Both the position numbers and the translations under genes were made by a program. Positions 39,563 to 48,463 of a stretch of DNA of 64,000 bases are shown here, in pieces (the first letter of the stretch is position 1; each line of letters opens with the position of its first letter). The notes beneath the pieces were generated by a model. That model was not told where the DNA came from. It worked only from the letters and a program-made list of their open reading frames with translations, and did not search any database. This stretch comes from a bacterium (GTDB lineage: Bacteria > Patescibacteriota > Andersenbacteria > UBA10190): contig JBDRMS010000008.1 in assembly GCA_043811915.1 (NCBI GenBank), forward strand, positions 109 through 64,108, in the 5' to 3' direction.

Positions 39563-40692
39563 AGTTTTCTATCCCTCCTTAGAGGCTTTAGTTTCTTACC
39601 CCGCTTCACATACGGCGCCGCTTTTCTTTTTTTCTCCTCCCTCTCCACTCGGCCTCTCTCTTCCCAGTCATGTTCCTCGGCCCAATCCAGCGCTTCCTCC
39701 GATGAAATACCCGTATCTCTCCCCAACTCCTTCTCAACCTCCTCCAGCCACCCAATCGTGGCACCCCGCAATCTTTTCCTGGTTACCCTGGTATGCAGCT
39801 CGTTGCTAAGTTCCTGCCAACGCTGCCTAAGCCTATTTATCTCCGGCTGCCTTCTCGCCCTCACCCGCTCACTCAAAGCACCCGATCCGCCCGCTTCACT
39901 AACTTTCTGTATTTGGCCATAAACGATCCTCATCTCATCTTCTATTTCCTTCACAGTCCTCTCGCCCTCCGCCGGCCGGCTTTCTACTACGGTATCTACT
40001 CTCGTCGGCTCTATCTCTTTTCCTCCCAGCAGTCTCGCCACCTCCAGATATTCACTCCGCTGTTCCTGCGGAATATCGACACTCCTCGCATAACATGAAA
40101 AATTCCCGGCAAACACCCGCGCCGTTTTCTCATCCAGACTCTTATTATCCGCCTTTTCCCGCAACGCCCCCATCTCTGCCGCGTGTATCATCATCTCCGC
40201 TACCCGCATTGTCCTTTTCTCCTCCTCACTCATCTCCTGCCATTTCTTGCCTTGCGTCTCCGGGCGATGTTCCTGTAACAATCGTGCCCCCACTAACTTG
40301 AGAGCCACCAGTTTTTGCTTATCAGCCCACGACTCCTTGACTACCTCCTTGAGCGGCTTGCCCTCCCGCAACGATCTCAAAAGATTATTAACTTCCTTTC
40401 TTGCCTCCACTCCGTCACCACCAAAATATCTTTCCGGAATAAGGGACTTCACCGCTCCGCTCCGCTGCCGGTCGCGCCCCTTCACAAAAAATCTCCCATC
40501 ATCAATATCATCAAGAAAGGGTTTAGGCAACTCCTTTTCTCCTTCAAACACTTTTTCCAAAACCACCGCCCGGTCGGCCTGCGTGTTCCTGTATAGCACA
40601 TCATCAGCCGTCTTCTCAATCACATACTTATACCGCCCCGTATCCGGCTGCCCTTCAACCGCCTCCGGCGTCGCCTTTTCTGCCGTTTCCAT
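39559..40692 (-). CDS. Hypothetical charged/coiled-coil protein
   Basis: 377 aa; TATAGT 6 nt before the ATG; overlaps the next gene (ATGA). Confidence 0.7.
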   Translation of the reverse strand: METAEKATPEAVEGQPDTGRYKYVIEKTADDVLYRNTQADRAVVLEKVFEGEKELPKPFLDDIDDGRFFVKGRDRQRSGAVKSLIPERYFGGDGVEARKEVNNLLRSLREGKPLKEVVKESWADKQKLVALKLVGARLLQEHRPETQGKKWQEMSEEEKRTMRVAEMMIHAAEMGALREKADNKSLDEKTARVFAGNFSCYARSVDIPQEQRSEYLEVARLLGGKEIEPTRVDTVVESRPAEGERTVKEIEDEMRIVYGQIQKVSEAGGSGALSERVRARRQPEINRLRQRWQELSNELHTRVTRKRLRGATIGWLEEVEKELGRDTGISSEEALDWAEEHDWEERGRVEREEKKRKAAPYVKRGKKLKPLRRDRKL

Positions 40693-40749
40693 ACTTCAAC
40701 TATATCACAACCCGCCAAGGCACTACGTGTTGTATAATACGCACATCTT

Positions 40750-41727
40750 ATGCCCTCTCGACCTTTCTTCTTTCTTTGTATACTGGCCATATTAATTGGC
40801 ACCGTGTATGTTGCCTCCAGGGACTATCCTTCCGGCACCCCCCCGCAATTACTCCTCCAAAGCCTCGTCGGTAAAGATGTCATCGCTCCTCCTCCTCTGC
40901 GCGGAGACCTGGATCAGGCCGGCAACTCTCTATTAGTACAAGGCATTCTGGCCGAAACAAATCGGCATCGTGCCGCGAGTAACTTACCTTCCTTAAAAGG
41001 CAACTCCGTTCTCAACCAGGCCGCACAAAAAAAACTTAATGACATGTTCGAGTTAGGATACTTCGACCACGTCAATCCTGCCGGCGTCGGCCCCGCTGAC
41101 CTGGTCGAAGAAGCTGGCTATTCTTATCTGCGCGTCGGAGAAAACCTTGCCCTGGGAGGGTTCGCCGGCGACGCCGGTCTGGTGCAAGCCTGGATGGACA
41201 GCCCCGGCCATCGGGAAAATATCATGTCGGCCGGTTTCAGTGAGCTCGGCATCGCCGTCGGGCAAGGCAAATTTGAAGAAAAAGATTCCTGGCTGGCCGT
41301 CCAGACTTTTGCTCTACCCCTGGCCGCCTGTCCCGGCGTCAACGCCGCCCAGCAAGCTACTCTCGAGCAAAAACAGTCCCAACTAGAGAAGCTGCCCGCC
41401 GAGCTCGATAACCTAAAATCCCAATACACTACCCTGACCACAGCGAGCCAGGCCAAAATCAACCAAGGCAATGAGCTCATCGAACAAGGTAACCAGTTAG
41501 CCCAAGAGCAGAAGTCCAATGAAGAGGCCCAAAAACTCTGGGACGAGGGCCACCAGCTGCAAGAAGAGGGACAGGCTCTCATCAACCAAGCCCAGACCAT
41601 CCGCGACACCTACAACGAAAAGGTTAGCCTCCTCAACCAATTAAACAACGAAATTAAAACCCTCATCAGTCAGCTCAATACTCAAATCAAGGCCTACAAC
41701 AACTGTTTAAGCGGCTACAACAAATAA
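40750..41727 (+). CDS. CAP (SCP) domain secreted protein with C-terminal coiled coil
   Basis: YFDH, GENLA, WMDSPGHRENI; Q-rich heptads flanked by two Cys. Confidence 0.92.
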   Translation: MPSRPFFFLCILAILIGTVYVASRDYPSGTPPQLLLQSLVGKDVIAPPPLRGDLDQAGNSLLVQGILAETNRHRAASNLPSLKGNSVLNQAAQKKLNDMFELGYFDHVNPAGVGPADLVEEAGYSYLRVGENLALGGFAGDAGLVQAWMDSPGHRENIMSAGFSELGIAVGQGKFEEKDSWLAVQTFALPLAACPGVNAAQQATLEQKQSQLEKLPAELDNLKSQYTTLTTASQAKINQGNELIEQGNQLAQEQKSNEEAQKLWDEGHQLQEEGQALINQAQTIRDTYNEKVSLLNQLNNEIKTLISQLNTQIKAYNNCLSGYNK

Positions 41728-41748
41728 AGAGCGCAAGACGTATAAAGG

Positions 41749-41775
41749 CAATTCAAAGGATTATCCTTTGAATTG
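41749..41775. repeat. Perfect palindrome, 13-bp arms
   Basis: CAATTCAAAGGAT-T-ATCCTTTGAATTG. Confidence 0.9.
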
Positions 41776-41845
41776 GGACCAAGAAAATAAATTTGACATA
41801 CCGCCGGTTTTAAGGCCGGCAACTTGGTGGGGTTCTACTTTTTAT

Positions 41846-42090
41846 CTAGCCATAAGGAAACATCGATAACAGCTGCTTCTTGTTACTCCGCCGGTCTTCT
41901 TTTACCAGCACCCAGAACTGCTTCCCCTCGGGGGCCGCTCCCAAAAAACGATGGACAAATTGATTCGGCTGCGTGGGATCCATGAATGTAATTGGGTCAT
42001 GTCGCGTGTTGCGCAAAACCTCAAGTGCGCACGGGAAATAGCGTAATCGTCGCGCCCTGTCAGATGGCAATTTCTGCTGCAAATGCTGCC
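41846..42090 (-). pseudogene. 5'-truncated remnant of a hypothetical gene
   Basis: WQHLQQK..DRARRLRYFPCALE...HRF...VKED...LLSMFP. No convincing start; begins at the palindrome 42091-42105. Confidence 0.55.
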
Positions 42091-42105
42091 ACAGGATAAT
42101 CCTGT
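42091..42105. repeat. Palindrome sharing the AGGAT(A/T)ATCCT core with 41749-41775
   Basis: ACAGGAT-A-ATCCTGT. Confidence 0.8.
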
Positions 42106-42132
42106 ATATTTCTGTAAATTGCTGAATTAGAG

Positions 42133-42951
42133 CTATTTATGTTTCGGCGCTTTATATTTCCCTGGAATTATCGCCACCCTGATTATAAATAATGCCGTCA
42201 GCACCATCGCCAGCGCTGCCGCTGCCGCCCTTGACCAATCTCTTCCTTCCCCCGCCAGCCACCTGGCCGCGCTGGCCGCTCCAGCCCCCGGAAATCTATC
42301 CAGCAGGCCGTCAATAATCCCCCCCGGCGGCGGCCCTTCGCTCATCATGCCTAACGCCCTCGGCGTCGGTGATGGTGATAGCGACGGATCCGGACCCGGG
42401 CAGCAATCCGGCTCATCATCTCCGCCCCCCGTTCCCTCCACACAAGTAAACGCCATGTCGAAATCAAATGTCGTTTTCTCCCCCTGCCATTCGTTGCCCG
42501 TATCTTTATCAAACGTCACTGCCCACTCGTAGTCCGTCACCGATCCAGCCGCCAGCGTTCCCAGCGCAATCGGCCCGGCCGTGAACACATTCGACATTGT
42601 CTTGTTATTCGTCGCTCTGCCCAAGCCATCGCTTATCCCGAACCGATCCACCATGCTCCGTATCACCGTCCATAATCTATCCGCTAAACTGAACGTTCCC
42701 ACCACCTCGTTCTCCGTGTCTAATACAAAACCGCACGGCTCATCATGATTATTCGTCACCGTTAAAATTCTCATTACTGTCGCCCCAGGCACCAAGTTAG
42801 TCTCATTAAAAAGCGGCGCCCCCGGCGGCACGGTATCACAGGTAATTCCTCCGCCAACAGATGTCTCACACGTCACGTCCAAATCCGCCGCTATAGCCAG
42901 CCCCGGCACCAATAACAACCCCGCGCCTAATAAATAAAATAACTTATTCAT
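42133..42951 (-). CDS. Secreted TasA-like protein with Pro/Gly linker and C-terminal TM anchor
   Basis: Signal peptide, LFNETNLVPG...VTN, GNEWQG...FDM; C-terminal hydrophobic segment plus basic tail. Confidence 0.7.
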   Translation of the reverse strand: MNKLFYLLGAGLLLVPGLAIAADLDVTCETSVGGGITCDTVPPGAPLFNETNLVPGATVMRILTVTNNHDEPCGFVLDTENEVVGTFSLADRLWTVIRSMVDRFGISDGLGRATNNKTMSNVFTAGPIALGTLAAGSVTDYEWAVTFDKDTGNEWQGEKTTFDFDMAFTCVEGTGGGDDEPDCCPGPDPSLSPSPTPRALGMMSEGPPPGGIIDGLLDRFPGAGAASAARWLAGEGRDWSRAAAAALAMVLTALFIIRVAIIPGKYKAPKHK

Positions 42952-44866
42952 CGCTTTCGTCCCCTTGCCCCGTGGAGTCATCCGGCGCAGCGGGGTCATC
43001 TCCCTCACCCGCTCCACCCACATCCACAACGTCGCTCTCTTCATCACTCACCAGAATAACTTCGCTATCCTCGTCACCACTGCCATCTCCCGTGTCGCCG
43101 CTGTCTTCATCTTCTTCCGCGTTCTCCTCTTCTTGTTCTTCTTCCACCGCCGGCTCCTCAATATCCACTTCAGTATTCTCTTCGACAACAACATCAACGA
43201 CAGCTCCACTGTTCACTTCATCCCCTCCGCCGCCATCGCCCTCATCCACGTCCCCAACCATTTCAGTTGGTTCAACTGCCGCACCTGCATCCATCAGCTC
43301 TTCACTTCCTTCATCACCAGACGTCGGGCCTGCCCAGCGAAGCTCGTAGAGCGAAGTTGGGTCATTTTCCGACAAGTTCGCCGCCCCCGGCGTCCCGTAG
43401 TTATCACCATCAGCCGTATCCCAGAATGTGCCATCGTTACAGCCAGTATTCAAACACGTGTGCCATGACCCGGCCAGCGTGCCGTCGCCGGGGTCGCTAT
43501 TCCTCTCCATTGAATTATACTGATCCGCCGGATCATCCTTGTTGTTACCCGCCGGCCACGCGTCGCCCTTCGCCTCGTCAACAACATTTCCCTCCGCGTC
43601 CTTTAACACCAGATTGCCATTGCCGGAATTTTTAAAACTCAAACTAGCTCCATGAACGTCAGGCGCCACGTTCAAAGCCGATTTAGCAGCATTATTTTCT
43701 GGCCAATTAGCAATCAGGAAAAACCCGTAAGCCGGAATGATATTATCACTAGCCGACGGGACCATGTAAGTACCATTGCTCTCCTTCGCGTTCTCAATCG
43801 TCCACTGCCCCACGTCAATTTCGTGGTCCGTCGTGTTCTTTAGTTCAATCCACTCATCGCCCGAGCCAACTGTCGACCCCATCCACATCACTTCGTTAAT
43901 AACCACGTCAGGAGAGGCGTCTTCCTCGCCCCACGTCCCCACCGTAATTGAGGCCGGGATTGTTTCCGTATCGGACATAACAGCCACCGTCGCCCCGGAA
44001 GAAAGTGCCAAAACGGAAAAACTAAAAACCAAGAATAGCAAAGCCATCTTCACTTTCTTCGCCCCGGACGCGGCGCTCCCCAACGCCTTCTTCAACTTCT
44101 TCTCGTAACTCTTCTCAATTTCTTTCTTTATCTCCCAAAATTCACTAAGAATAATCAAAACGGCCGGCAAAATCACCAGCAGCATAAAACCACGCACACT
44201 CTTGGCAAAGTTGACGGCGTAACCAAGATAAGGCGCGGAAAAAATTACCTTACCCTCAATATCCTCTTTAGTAAGTTCCCAGTTGTCCGGCGCGTCATTA
44301 GCGTCCCCCTTGGTCACAATCTTCTCTCCTTCCACTCCCACTATGCGGTGGGTAACTAAATCAACTCCGCCCAGTTTTTTACTTATCGTTACCACCTCGC
44401 CCGCTCCGTAGCTTTCCCGCGGCTGCACCACAACAACCGAGCCCGTCCTGATGGCCGGCTCCATAGAACCGGAAAGCACAACCAAAGATTTATAACCGCC
44501 CGGAAAATCAAACCGGGGGGAGAATCCTATGAAAACGACGACCAACAAAAAGACTATCCCTACATACTCCAGACCGTAAAAAGTAATTCTAATGGCCCTG
44601 ATCGGCAAATACTTCTTTACTTTCTCTACTCTATCAAGCGGCCAGCGCTCTTTTACTTTAACAAACAGCCAGCTCTCCTTTATTTTCTTTATTTTAACGA
44701 AAAACACTCGCGCCCCTACTCCGCCGCGCTTCAAAGCATCCGCCCCGCGCGCAAAAACCAGCCAGTACCGCGCCGGCATCCGCCTCTTTATATCCCTCCT
44801 TATACTTTTATAGATTTTCTTAATTTTTTTCACCAAGTTTTCTTTAACAACTTTACTATTCCCCAC
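42944..44866 (-). CDS. sipW: SipW-type signal peptidase I fused to a SipW-cognate signal peptide, lamin-tail domain and acidic tail
   Basis: VLSGSMEP, VTHRI, TKGDAN...D; then GATVAVMSDTET, VVINEVMW...DEWIELKN, GTPGAAN. Start uncertain. Confidence 0.85.
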   Translation of the reverse strand: MGNSKVVKENLVKKIKKIYKSIRRDIKRRMPARYWLVFARGADALKRGGVGARVFFVKIKKIKESWLFVKVKERWPLDRVEKVKKYLPIRAIRITFYGLEYVGIVFLLVVVFIGFSPRFDFPGGYKSLVVLSGSMEPAIRTGSVVVVQPRESYGAGEVVTISKKLGGVDLVTHRIVGVEGEKIVTKGDANDAPDNWELTKEDIEGKVIFSAPYLGYAVNFAKSVRGFMLLVILPAVLIILSEFWEIKKEIEKSYEKKLKKALGSAASGAKKVKMALLFLVFSFSVLALSSGATVAVMSDTETIPASITVGTWGEEDASPDVVINEVMWMGSTVGSGDEWIELKNTTDHEIDVGQWTIENAKESNGTYMVPSASDNIIPAYGFFLIANWPENNAAKSALNVAPDVHGASLSFKNSGNGNLVLKDAEGNVVDEAKGDAWPAGNNKDDPADQYNSMERNSDPGDGTLAGSWHTCLNTGCNDGTFWDTADGDNYGTPGAANLSENDPTSLYELRWAGPTSGDEGSEELMDAGAAVEPTEMVGDVDEGDGGGGDEVNSGAVVDVVVEENTEVDIEEPAVEEEQEEENAEEDEDSGDTGDGSGDEDSEVILVSDEESDVVDVGGAGEGDDPAAPDDSTGQGDESDE

Positions 44867-44880
44867 CCTCCGGCCAAGGC

Positions 44881-44927
44881 CTGCGCCAGTTTACGGTCCG
44901 CCAATCAAGCGTACCAAACCGGCGCAG
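44881..44927. repeat. Stem-loop between the tasA-like gene and sipW
   Basis: CTGCGCCAGTTT / AAACCGGCGCAG (11/12; the mismatch is G-U on the minus strand). Confidence 0.7.
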
Positions 44928-44955
44928 AAACCCTAACCCGTTTAACACGATCTCG

Positions 44956-45999
44956 TTATGGGAGGTCAGTGTCACGATACTCTATCAACCCCGTCTCGAA
45001 GAGGTAGGCACCTTGATCCCAGCGTATAAACTGGGTCCCACTCCAGTGCGAACTCGGAATCAACCAAACTTTGTGGTTTACGAGGTTTTGGTTAATATCC
45101 GGAGTTCCGCTGAACGAGATGGCACCGGTTCCATCAGAATTAGCCGTACCAAGAACAACTGAACCAGTTTGTGGCCACGGGTCCTTAACTGCAAGTAAGG
45201 TGTAATTGGTGTTTGCCTGCTTTACTTTGCCAGTGAAGCTGAAGTCAAACTTCGGATCCATCACTGTGTAGCTGAGCGTACCCTTGTATACATCACCCTC
45301 GTTGATGTCATAAGCGGCGCCTTCCTTGTTCTCAAGAACCACCGAAGCTCCGCGAGTGCCTCCCAGAAGCTGCTCGGCGTCAAGAACGATATCAAAGGTC
45401 ATTTGATCGCCTTGATATTCATTGCCGGCAGTAGCATCCATGTGATAGCTCTGGTGAACCTTCATGGAGTACCCTTCGGGAATCATCCCTAGATACATCT
45501 TCTTGGTACCACCCTTGATAGCCGAGACCTTCACGTCATCGTTGTAAAGACGTTGAATCCAAACCGAAGCTCCCGTTGCATCAAGAAGCTCCACCGAAAG
45601 ATCGTAACCGATAACGGTATCGATGTCATCCTTAGGAACACTTCGAGGGGAGCAGACCGTTCCATTCCAAGTTCCCTGCTCTGCGACACACTCCGGCTCA
45701 GACTGAACATTGTCGGAAGTATTCACGTTCGCCAAAGTCTTCCAGACATCCGCCGGGTTGGTGCCAACGTTATTGATCGTGAAATCAATATAGTCAGTGT
45801 AGCTCGGCTTCATGTCCTCAAGCTTGTACTCATTGGTGGAAGTCCACGGATTCTCACCATCAACCGCGATGTCAATCGTCCCGGCGGTGAAGGTGTTGCC
45901 CGTGCTCGTCTCCGTGTCGGAGAAAACCGCATAGGTCGCCCCCCCCACCAAAGCCAGAACCGCGCCAATCGTCAGGAAACTAATCATAATTTTCTTCAT
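44956..45999 (-). CDS. TasA/CalY-family protein with SipW-cognate signal peptide
   Basis: GGATYAVFSDTETSTGNTFTAGTIDI, MKP, NVGTNP, AGNEYQGD; strong SD. Confidence 0.88.
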   Translation of the reverse strand: MKKIMISFLTIGAVLALVGGATYAVFSDTETSTGNTFTAGTIDIAVDGENPWTSTNEYKLEDMKPSYTDYIDFTINNVGTNPADVWKTLANVNTSDNVQSEPECVAEQGTWNGTVCSPRSVPKDDIDTVIGYDLSVELLDATGASVWIQRLYNDDVKVSAIKGGTKKMYLGMIPEGYSMKVHQSYHMDATAGNEYQGDQMTFDIVLDAEQLLGGTRGASVVLENKEGAAYDINEGDVYKGTLSYTVMDPKFDFSFTGKVKQANTNYTLLAVKDPWPQTGSVVLGTANSDGTGAISFSGTPDINQNLVNHKVWLIPSSHWSGTQFIRWDQGAYLFETGLIEYRDTDLP

Positions 46000-46061
46000 A
46001 TTTTATTCACCCCCTTTCAAGTACATATCCATCAAATCAACCCTCCCTTGATTCTCCAAAC

Positions 46062-46090
46062 AAAAAACGCGGCTGTAAGTTCAGCCACGT
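46062..46090 (-). terminator. Intrinsic terminator upstream of the tasA-like gene
   Basis: ACGTGGCTG-AACTTA-CAGCCGCGT followed by TTTTTG. Confidence 0.75.
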
Positions 46091-46254
46091 CCATCCGCTA
46101 ACCACACCAAAAAAGCTTCCCTCCAAAACCTGCCAACCAAACCACCCTATCTTGGCAAATTTTGACATCATATCTTCTTATCATACCCCCCTGTTTCCCG
46201 CAACCCCCGCCAAAAGACTTATCCACAGGGAACCTCACCCTTTTCCCTTACCCT

Positions 46255-46677
46255 CTACTCATTATTTACATCAAAGAAAGTCTGCACACGATACAACGCC
46301 AAATCTCTTAACTTACCGTCATCATAATTTTTAATATGACCACCCATACACAAAAAGAAGACTTCAGTTCCCCGACGAGCAAAATATATTCTCGGCATTT
46401 GTGACCTCCGCAACCCCTTTGTAGCAACACAATTTACTTTCCAAAGTTCATATTCAACTGAAACATGTACTTTATGAAGATTCTTTGGCGTGATGACTAT
46501 TTGTGGATTGACTGGATTAAACTGAACAGTTAACAACCGCTCCAGTGCAGCTAAGGCCTCACCAAAAGACCTAACCTTCCCCGTAAATCTCTTCACCTCT
46601 TTTTCAAAACCAGTGTGCCGTATGAAGACAACTCTAGTCTGTGAATTCGGTACCCCTATAGAGGGAGAGTTCATACG
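46255..46677 (-). CDS. Putative toxin, RelE/ParE-like, partner of the Panacea antitoxin
   Basis: FEKEVKRF...LWKV...GLRRSQMPRIYF...FLC pattern; overlaps the antitoxin 3' end. Start uncertain. Confidence 0.6.
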   Translation of the reverse strand, partial: RMNSPSIGVPNSQTRVVFIRHTGFEKEVKRFTGKVRSFGEALAALERLLTVQFNPVNPQIVITPKNLHKVHVSVEYELWKVNCVATKGLRRSQMPRIYFARRGTEVFFLCMGGHIKNYDDGKLRDLALYRVQTFFDVNNE

Positions 46678-47128
46678 GAATCTGCTGATGTCGCTCAGTC
46701 CCAACATAGGGAGCCTCGCTATGCGAAATGTCCTCCAACTGTTTCCCCGTCAGACGACCATATTTTTGTGCGACCCGCCTTATTATTTTTATCTCATTCT
46801 TAGACAGCAACGAAATGTCAGCTCCAGCTTTAACCTTATAAACTACCGTGGGCTCAAAGCCTCTATTCCCAGAGGTTTTTTCTTTCCTTACAGTAATCAG
46901 ATTCTCCTCTTCCATCTCGCTAAGCCGCTCTTGCAAGCTCGCGCCCAAAGGCCCCATATCACGAGCGTAATAAACATCATTTGTTACCGATTTTTCGTAA
47001 AGCTCATAGGAGTCAAAATCCACAAAATACAACAATTTAGCGAGCTTTTTTTTGCCTCGCACCGAACCGCCCAACTCTTTCAAAAGTTGTAATATAACCG
47101 TTTTATACTTTTGAGATTTAGTAGACAT
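46634..47128 (-). CDS. Panacea (DUF4065/SocA/GepA) antitoxin
   Basis: KKLAKLLYFVDF, MGP, LEDISHSEAPY...IPY. Confidence 0.88.
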   Translation of the reverse strand: MSTKSQKYKTVILQLLKELGGSVRGKKKLAKLLYFVDFDSYELYEKSVTNDVYYARDMGPLGASLQERLSEMEEENLITVRKEKTSGNRGFEPTVVYKVKAGADISLLSKNEIKIIRRVAQKYGRLTGKQLEDISHSEAPYVGTERHQQIPYELSLYRGTEFTD

Positions 47129-47282
47129 CTCTTTTACATCTTAACAACTTATATAGTTATACTCTATAGAACTCTTCTATATCACATAAATTTACCACAG
47201 TCAACGTCCGCACAATTCTCATCCCACATCTCCACAATAGGTTCTGGGTCGGCTGGCTACCGTGTGAAGGTGAATAATCTTA

Positions 47283-47603
47283 TTATTGGTCTTTCTTCAT
47301 TCGATCAAGAGCACGACGCACAATATCAGCAACAGCATCTTTCCGATCAATACCAATGACTGATAGTATAGCCAAAACGGATGCGTTAGTAGTTGGAAGC
47401 AATTCCACCTTTCCGCCTGCATACTCGGCAAGTTGCGTTAGAAACTCATCAAACCATGAAGGGGTGACAGTCAAAACATCATTAAAATCAATCTGAATAG
47501 GTATATCAGGATCAATGGAAGCACGAATGGCACTAAACGCCTCAAGCCCTGCTGGACGCGAGACAAGTACCGTGCCAAATCTTTTGAGTTGAATAGTTTG
47601 CAT
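47283..47603 (-). CDS. STAS-like DUF4325 protein
   Basis: LVSRPAG...IDFNDVLTVTPSWFDEF. Confidence 0.85.
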   Translation of the reverse strand: MQTIQLKRFGTVLVSRPAGLEAFSAIRASIDPDIPIQIDFNDVLTVTPSWFDEFLTQLAEYAGGKVELLPTTNASVLAILSVIGIDRKDAVADIVRRALDRMKKDQ

Positions 47604-47617
47604 ATCAACAAAAGTTC

Positions 47618-48346
47618 TTAAAAAGTAATGACCGCATAGACTCCACGAACATTCTCTTCAGCCATTGAGATACCCATAGAGCCAGGGCTTTTAGGAATAC
47701 GCACGACACCCAAGCCTGAACGTAATGATAACCCGATCATATTTAATTCCGTTACTCTCCGGACAACCTTAAGCCCATTACCACGCTCCTCGGGACTTCT
47801 TCCTGAAACAATTTCCGTAAACGCAACACGAAGAGCGTCAATATCACTATCTAAACTTGGTCGGACATAGCGAAGTGTTTTCAAAATACCCCTGCCACGA
47901 TCCGCAAGAACGATAATTCGCTTATCCACATTATAGGTAAAGAATATACCTGGCACGTCCGGCCAATTTCCAATATTGTGCGCGAAAGAATTATCACCTA
48001 TCTCTCCCGCTATCTGGATAAGTAACGACACCAGATCTTCTGCGTCATTTCCCAGCTCCTTCAACAAAACAACACTCATTTTCTCAAGTCGACTCAAAAA
48101 ACGATCATGTCGTTCGCAATAGTATTCATCTGCAATCTCCGGCGCCTGTGCACTCGCAGCCCAAACCCAACCCAAAGCTTCAATATCAAGCATAAAACGT
48201 TGAATGTCTCGCAAGTCATAGTAACGCTGTCCTCCCGCACTTCTTTGCGCACGAAGTTTTCCCGACTTCTCCCAATTCCGCAATGTTTGAACAGTAACAC
48301 CAATCATTTCCGCTGCCTTACCTATACGTATTTTTTCCTCCTTCAT
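47618..48346 (-). CDS. MerR/excisionase-type HTH fused to GHKL ATPase
   Basis: IGKAAEMIGVTVQTLRNWE; EIGDNSFAH, DRGRGI, RGNGL. Confidence 0.88.
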   Translation of the reverse strand: MKEEKIRIGKAAEMIGVTVQTLRNWEKSGKLRAQRSAGGQRYYDLRDIQRFMLDIEALGWVWAASAQAPEIADEYYCERHDRFLSRLEKMSVVLLKELGNDAEDLVSLLIQIAGEIGDNSFAHNIGNWPDVPGIFFTYNVDKRIIVLADRGRGILKTLRYVRPSLDSDIDALRVAFTEIVSGRSPEERGNGLKVVRRVTELNMIGLSLRSGLGVVRIPKSPGSMGISMAEENVRGVYAVITF

Positions 48347-48352
48347 GCTTAG

Positions 48353-48398
48353 TAGGTTAACAGATAAACCTATAAAAATCAAGTTTATTTTATAGGTT
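48353..48398 (-). promoter_or_regulatory. Promoter overlapped by inverted repeats (probable operator)
   Basis: TTGATT-17-TAACCT, ending 7 nt before the ATG. AACCTATAAAA/TTTTATAGGTT 11-bp arms, plus TAGGTT...AACCTA. Confidence 0.65.
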
Positions 48399-48463
48399 CA
48401 TGACAAATACCTATCTACAAAGAATCCCAACATTGTATAACAGCGAAGTGAATAGTTACCCCC

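Noticed and set aside
42951-43320. Low-complexity repeats near the end of the SipW fusion
   Set aside because: Explained by the Asp/Glu/Gly-rich tail; no regular DNA period.
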